From the NCBI GenBank assembly GCA_040357565.1, contig JBDODJ010000011.1: a stretch of 64,000 nt of DNA; one strand, 5' to 3'. The position numbers and the translations under genes were made by a program. Origin of the DNA: Cercozoa sp. M6MM (lineage: Eukaryota; Protista; Endomyxa: Ascetosporea). The notes beneath the pieces were generated by a model. That model was not told where the DNA came from, did not search any database, and was given only the letters and a program-made list of their open reading frames with translations. Of this stretch, positions 62,276-64,000 are shown in pieces (positions within the stretch are counted from its first letter, which is position 1; the number at the start of each line of letters is the position of its first letter).

Positions 62276-62461
62276 ACTCACAGTTCCCGACAAAGAAGCT
62301 CCTAACCTTCTGTTCTGGCTTTGCTGGTTCAGGGAGGCGTATTTGCTGAGCTTCCGCGCGGTGGGGATGCTTTGATTTTAAATCTATCAAGTTCCCGTGC
62401 TAAGCCTCTCGCGCTGTCTGAGTGTTCGAGGTCACTGAGGTTGAACTAAGTTTCGAGGTCA

Positions 62462-63340
62462 ATGAGGTTGACCGAAGTATCGGCCGGTTTAGTTAGAACG
62501 GAACTCACACGCATGCTAGCGTCTCATACCAAGCGAAGCTATCGCAATGGGCAGAATTCGCGTCTGGCGTTTAACTTGGCTGCTCATGTCTCGGCCACGA
62601 CAATCGGTGCTGGAGTGTCGGAAAAGAATCCAAAAGAGCAGCTGACTTTGGTGCAGTACGAATCAACTCGACCACAAGCCTCCAAGTCGAAATGGCAGCT
62701 TTTTCTACTGGTCTCCTGCAAAAAATGTTTGTTGCTGGTAGCGCTCGACAGTTTTACCCCTGCGGGTAAAACACTGCGGAAACGCAGACTGCAAACACAA
62801 GCAGTGCCTCGCATCTGCGACGGTTCGTCCATGGTGAACAAGGAGCAGCAACTGGACAATTGTGTCACAGACAACGGCGTCAAACTACCGGACTACGACC
62901 GCAGGCACTGCATGGCCGTTGACATGATTCTCCTCACGGGCATTGACAAGGAGCGCCTCGAGGACGTTGAGTTCTGGCGTCAGACGTGTCAGGAGTGTGG
63001 CGTCTCTCGATGCAACCTCGCTACGGAGCACATCCCGAACTGCTTGGTGCCTGGTCCGAAAGGCAGTGTATATCTGAGCTTGGCGCAGGTAGGATCACAC
63101 TCTTTTTTGGATTTGCTTGTGCTTCAGTTGCAAGAGGTGTCTCAAGACGTGCCTCAAGATGTGTATCAGATGATTTCCCTCTCGGACGCTGTCAATAATC
63201 GTCTCACGGACGTTAAGTTCTGGCGTGAGTGTGGCGTCGCTCGGTGCAACCTCGTCGCGGAGCGAAACTGCTTAGTGTCTATGAACGACCATGTATTGAG
63301 CTTGGCGAAGATAGGATCACACTTTTTGTGTCTGTCATGA
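62462..63340 (+). CDS. Hypothetical protein with an internal Cys-containing duplication; possibly truncated or a pseudogene
   Basis: 292-aa ORF with two copies of V.FWR..ECGV.RCNL..E..NCLV....LSLA; probable in-frame intron starting near 63089. Confidence 0.4.
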   Translation: MRLTEVSAGLVRTELTRMLASHTKRSYRNGQNSRLAFNLAAHVSATTIGAGVSEKNPKEQLTLVQYESTRPQASKSKWQLFLLVSCKKCLLLVALDSFTPAGKTLRKRRLQTQAVPRICDGSSMVNKEQQLDNCVTDNGVKLPDYDRRHCMAVDMILLTGIDKERLEDVEFWRQTCQECGVSRCNLATEHIPNCLVPGPKGSVYLSLAQVGSHSFLDLLVLQLQEVSQDVPQDVYQMISLSDAVNNRLTDVKFWRECGVARCNLVAERNCLVSMNDHVLSLAKIGSHFLCLS

Positions 63341-63487
63341 AATAACCAAGGAATTGGCTGTCAGAATAGTAAGGTATGCATAGTCAATTAAAATCGAATA
63401 GCGATATTGGTACACCGCAACGCGTACGGTCCGGCACGATCGGCTTCTTTGATACGTTATCGTATAGCGTACTATACGTCAAAAGGG

Positions 63488-63580
63488 GAGCTGTGTGGTC
63501 CTGCTCTAAGCACGGCCATGCTCTTGTGACCCACCCCAGACTGGTGCAGGGGAGCTATGTTACGGCATAGCGTTCCTTAG
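63488..63580 (-). repeat. Dispersed repeat family A copy (inverted)
   Basis: Reverse complement reads tagctcccctgcaccagtctggggtgggtcacaagagcatggccg...gcttagagcaggaccacaca, near-identical to 41101-41177. Confidence 0.85.
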
Positions 63581-63660
63581 TTACTGGTATCCATACCGTA
63601 AGACTCAACGAACTAACTGTACGTGTAGCGTGTTACAAAAACGAAAAAGAAGACGTGGGG

Positions 63661-63917
63661 TCAGCGGCGTCGCAGAAGCTGCACGCGCTCGAGCAGACGG
63701 CGCGCGTGGAAGGCCAGCAGCAGCGACAGCACGGCGCCGGCGGCAGACAGCGACCAGCGCAACGCCAGTTGTCCAGTCAGCAGCAGCGCCGGCAGCAGCG
63801 GCGGCCACAGCACCCACAGCAGCGTCATGGCCAGCAGCTGCAGCTCGCCCAGCAGGCGGCCGACGCAGTTGCCGCGCAGTCGCAGTCGCAGCTTGGCACT
63901 CGCCACCAGCGGCCTGG
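63661..63917 (-). CDS. Terminal exon of a membrane-protein gene entering from beyond the window
   Basis: Poly-C tract plus CAG acceptor, followed by a GC-rich hydrophobic exon ending ...LLRRR*. Confidence 0.5.
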
Positions 63918-64000
63918 CCAGGGGGGGGGGGGGGGGGGGGGGGGGGGGCTGCGGGGGGGGGGGGTGGGGGGGGGAGTGGCGGGGCGCAAGTGGGGTATTT

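Noticed and set aside
1-64000. Alternative genetic code or stop-codon readthrough
   Set aside because: Apparent in-frame stops in the genes I traced fall in introns; TAA, TAG and TGA each terminate conserved genes (UBL5, SR protein, GAPDH).
1-64000. tRNA, rRNA, snRNA genes and autonomous transposons
   Set aside because: No recognisable cloverleaf, rRNA, reverse transcriptase or transposase motifs by eye; a covariance-model search is needed to exclude them.

Overview
Gene-dense, extremely intron-rich eukaryotic (protist-like) scaffold in the standard genetic code. About 27 spliced genes were reconstructed by hand from GT-AG introns, mostly 50-100 nt long. They include a DUF4200/CFAP73-like protein, an LRR-coiled-coil protein, a cAMP-receptor-like GPCR, an SRSF10-like SR protein, an LRR-casein kinase 1 fusion, a bacterial-type 'long' GAPDH, a hydroxylysine-kinase-like APH protein, an MFS transporter, an FN3 protein, USP16/45, UBL5/Hub1, THUMPD1, an F-box/ankyrin protein, DSS1/Sem1, DUF1761, DUF1295, a divergent kinase, chitin synthase, TRAPPC2L, DUF4246 and ENKD1. 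Most ORF-track entries are intron-spanning or microsatellite artefacts. Main oddities: (1) 5' splice sites are dominated by GTAC/GTAG and the near-universal +5 G is largely lost; (2) a horizontally acquired Pseudomonas/Actinobacteria-type GAPDH has gained 18 introns and a C-terminal PTS1-like -SSL; (3) many introns each carry their own private tandem repeat; (4) an LRR-CK1 fusion; (5) two unannotated dispersed repeat families. All family assignments come from motif recognition by eye, not database searches. The N-runs are scaffold gaps at repeats.
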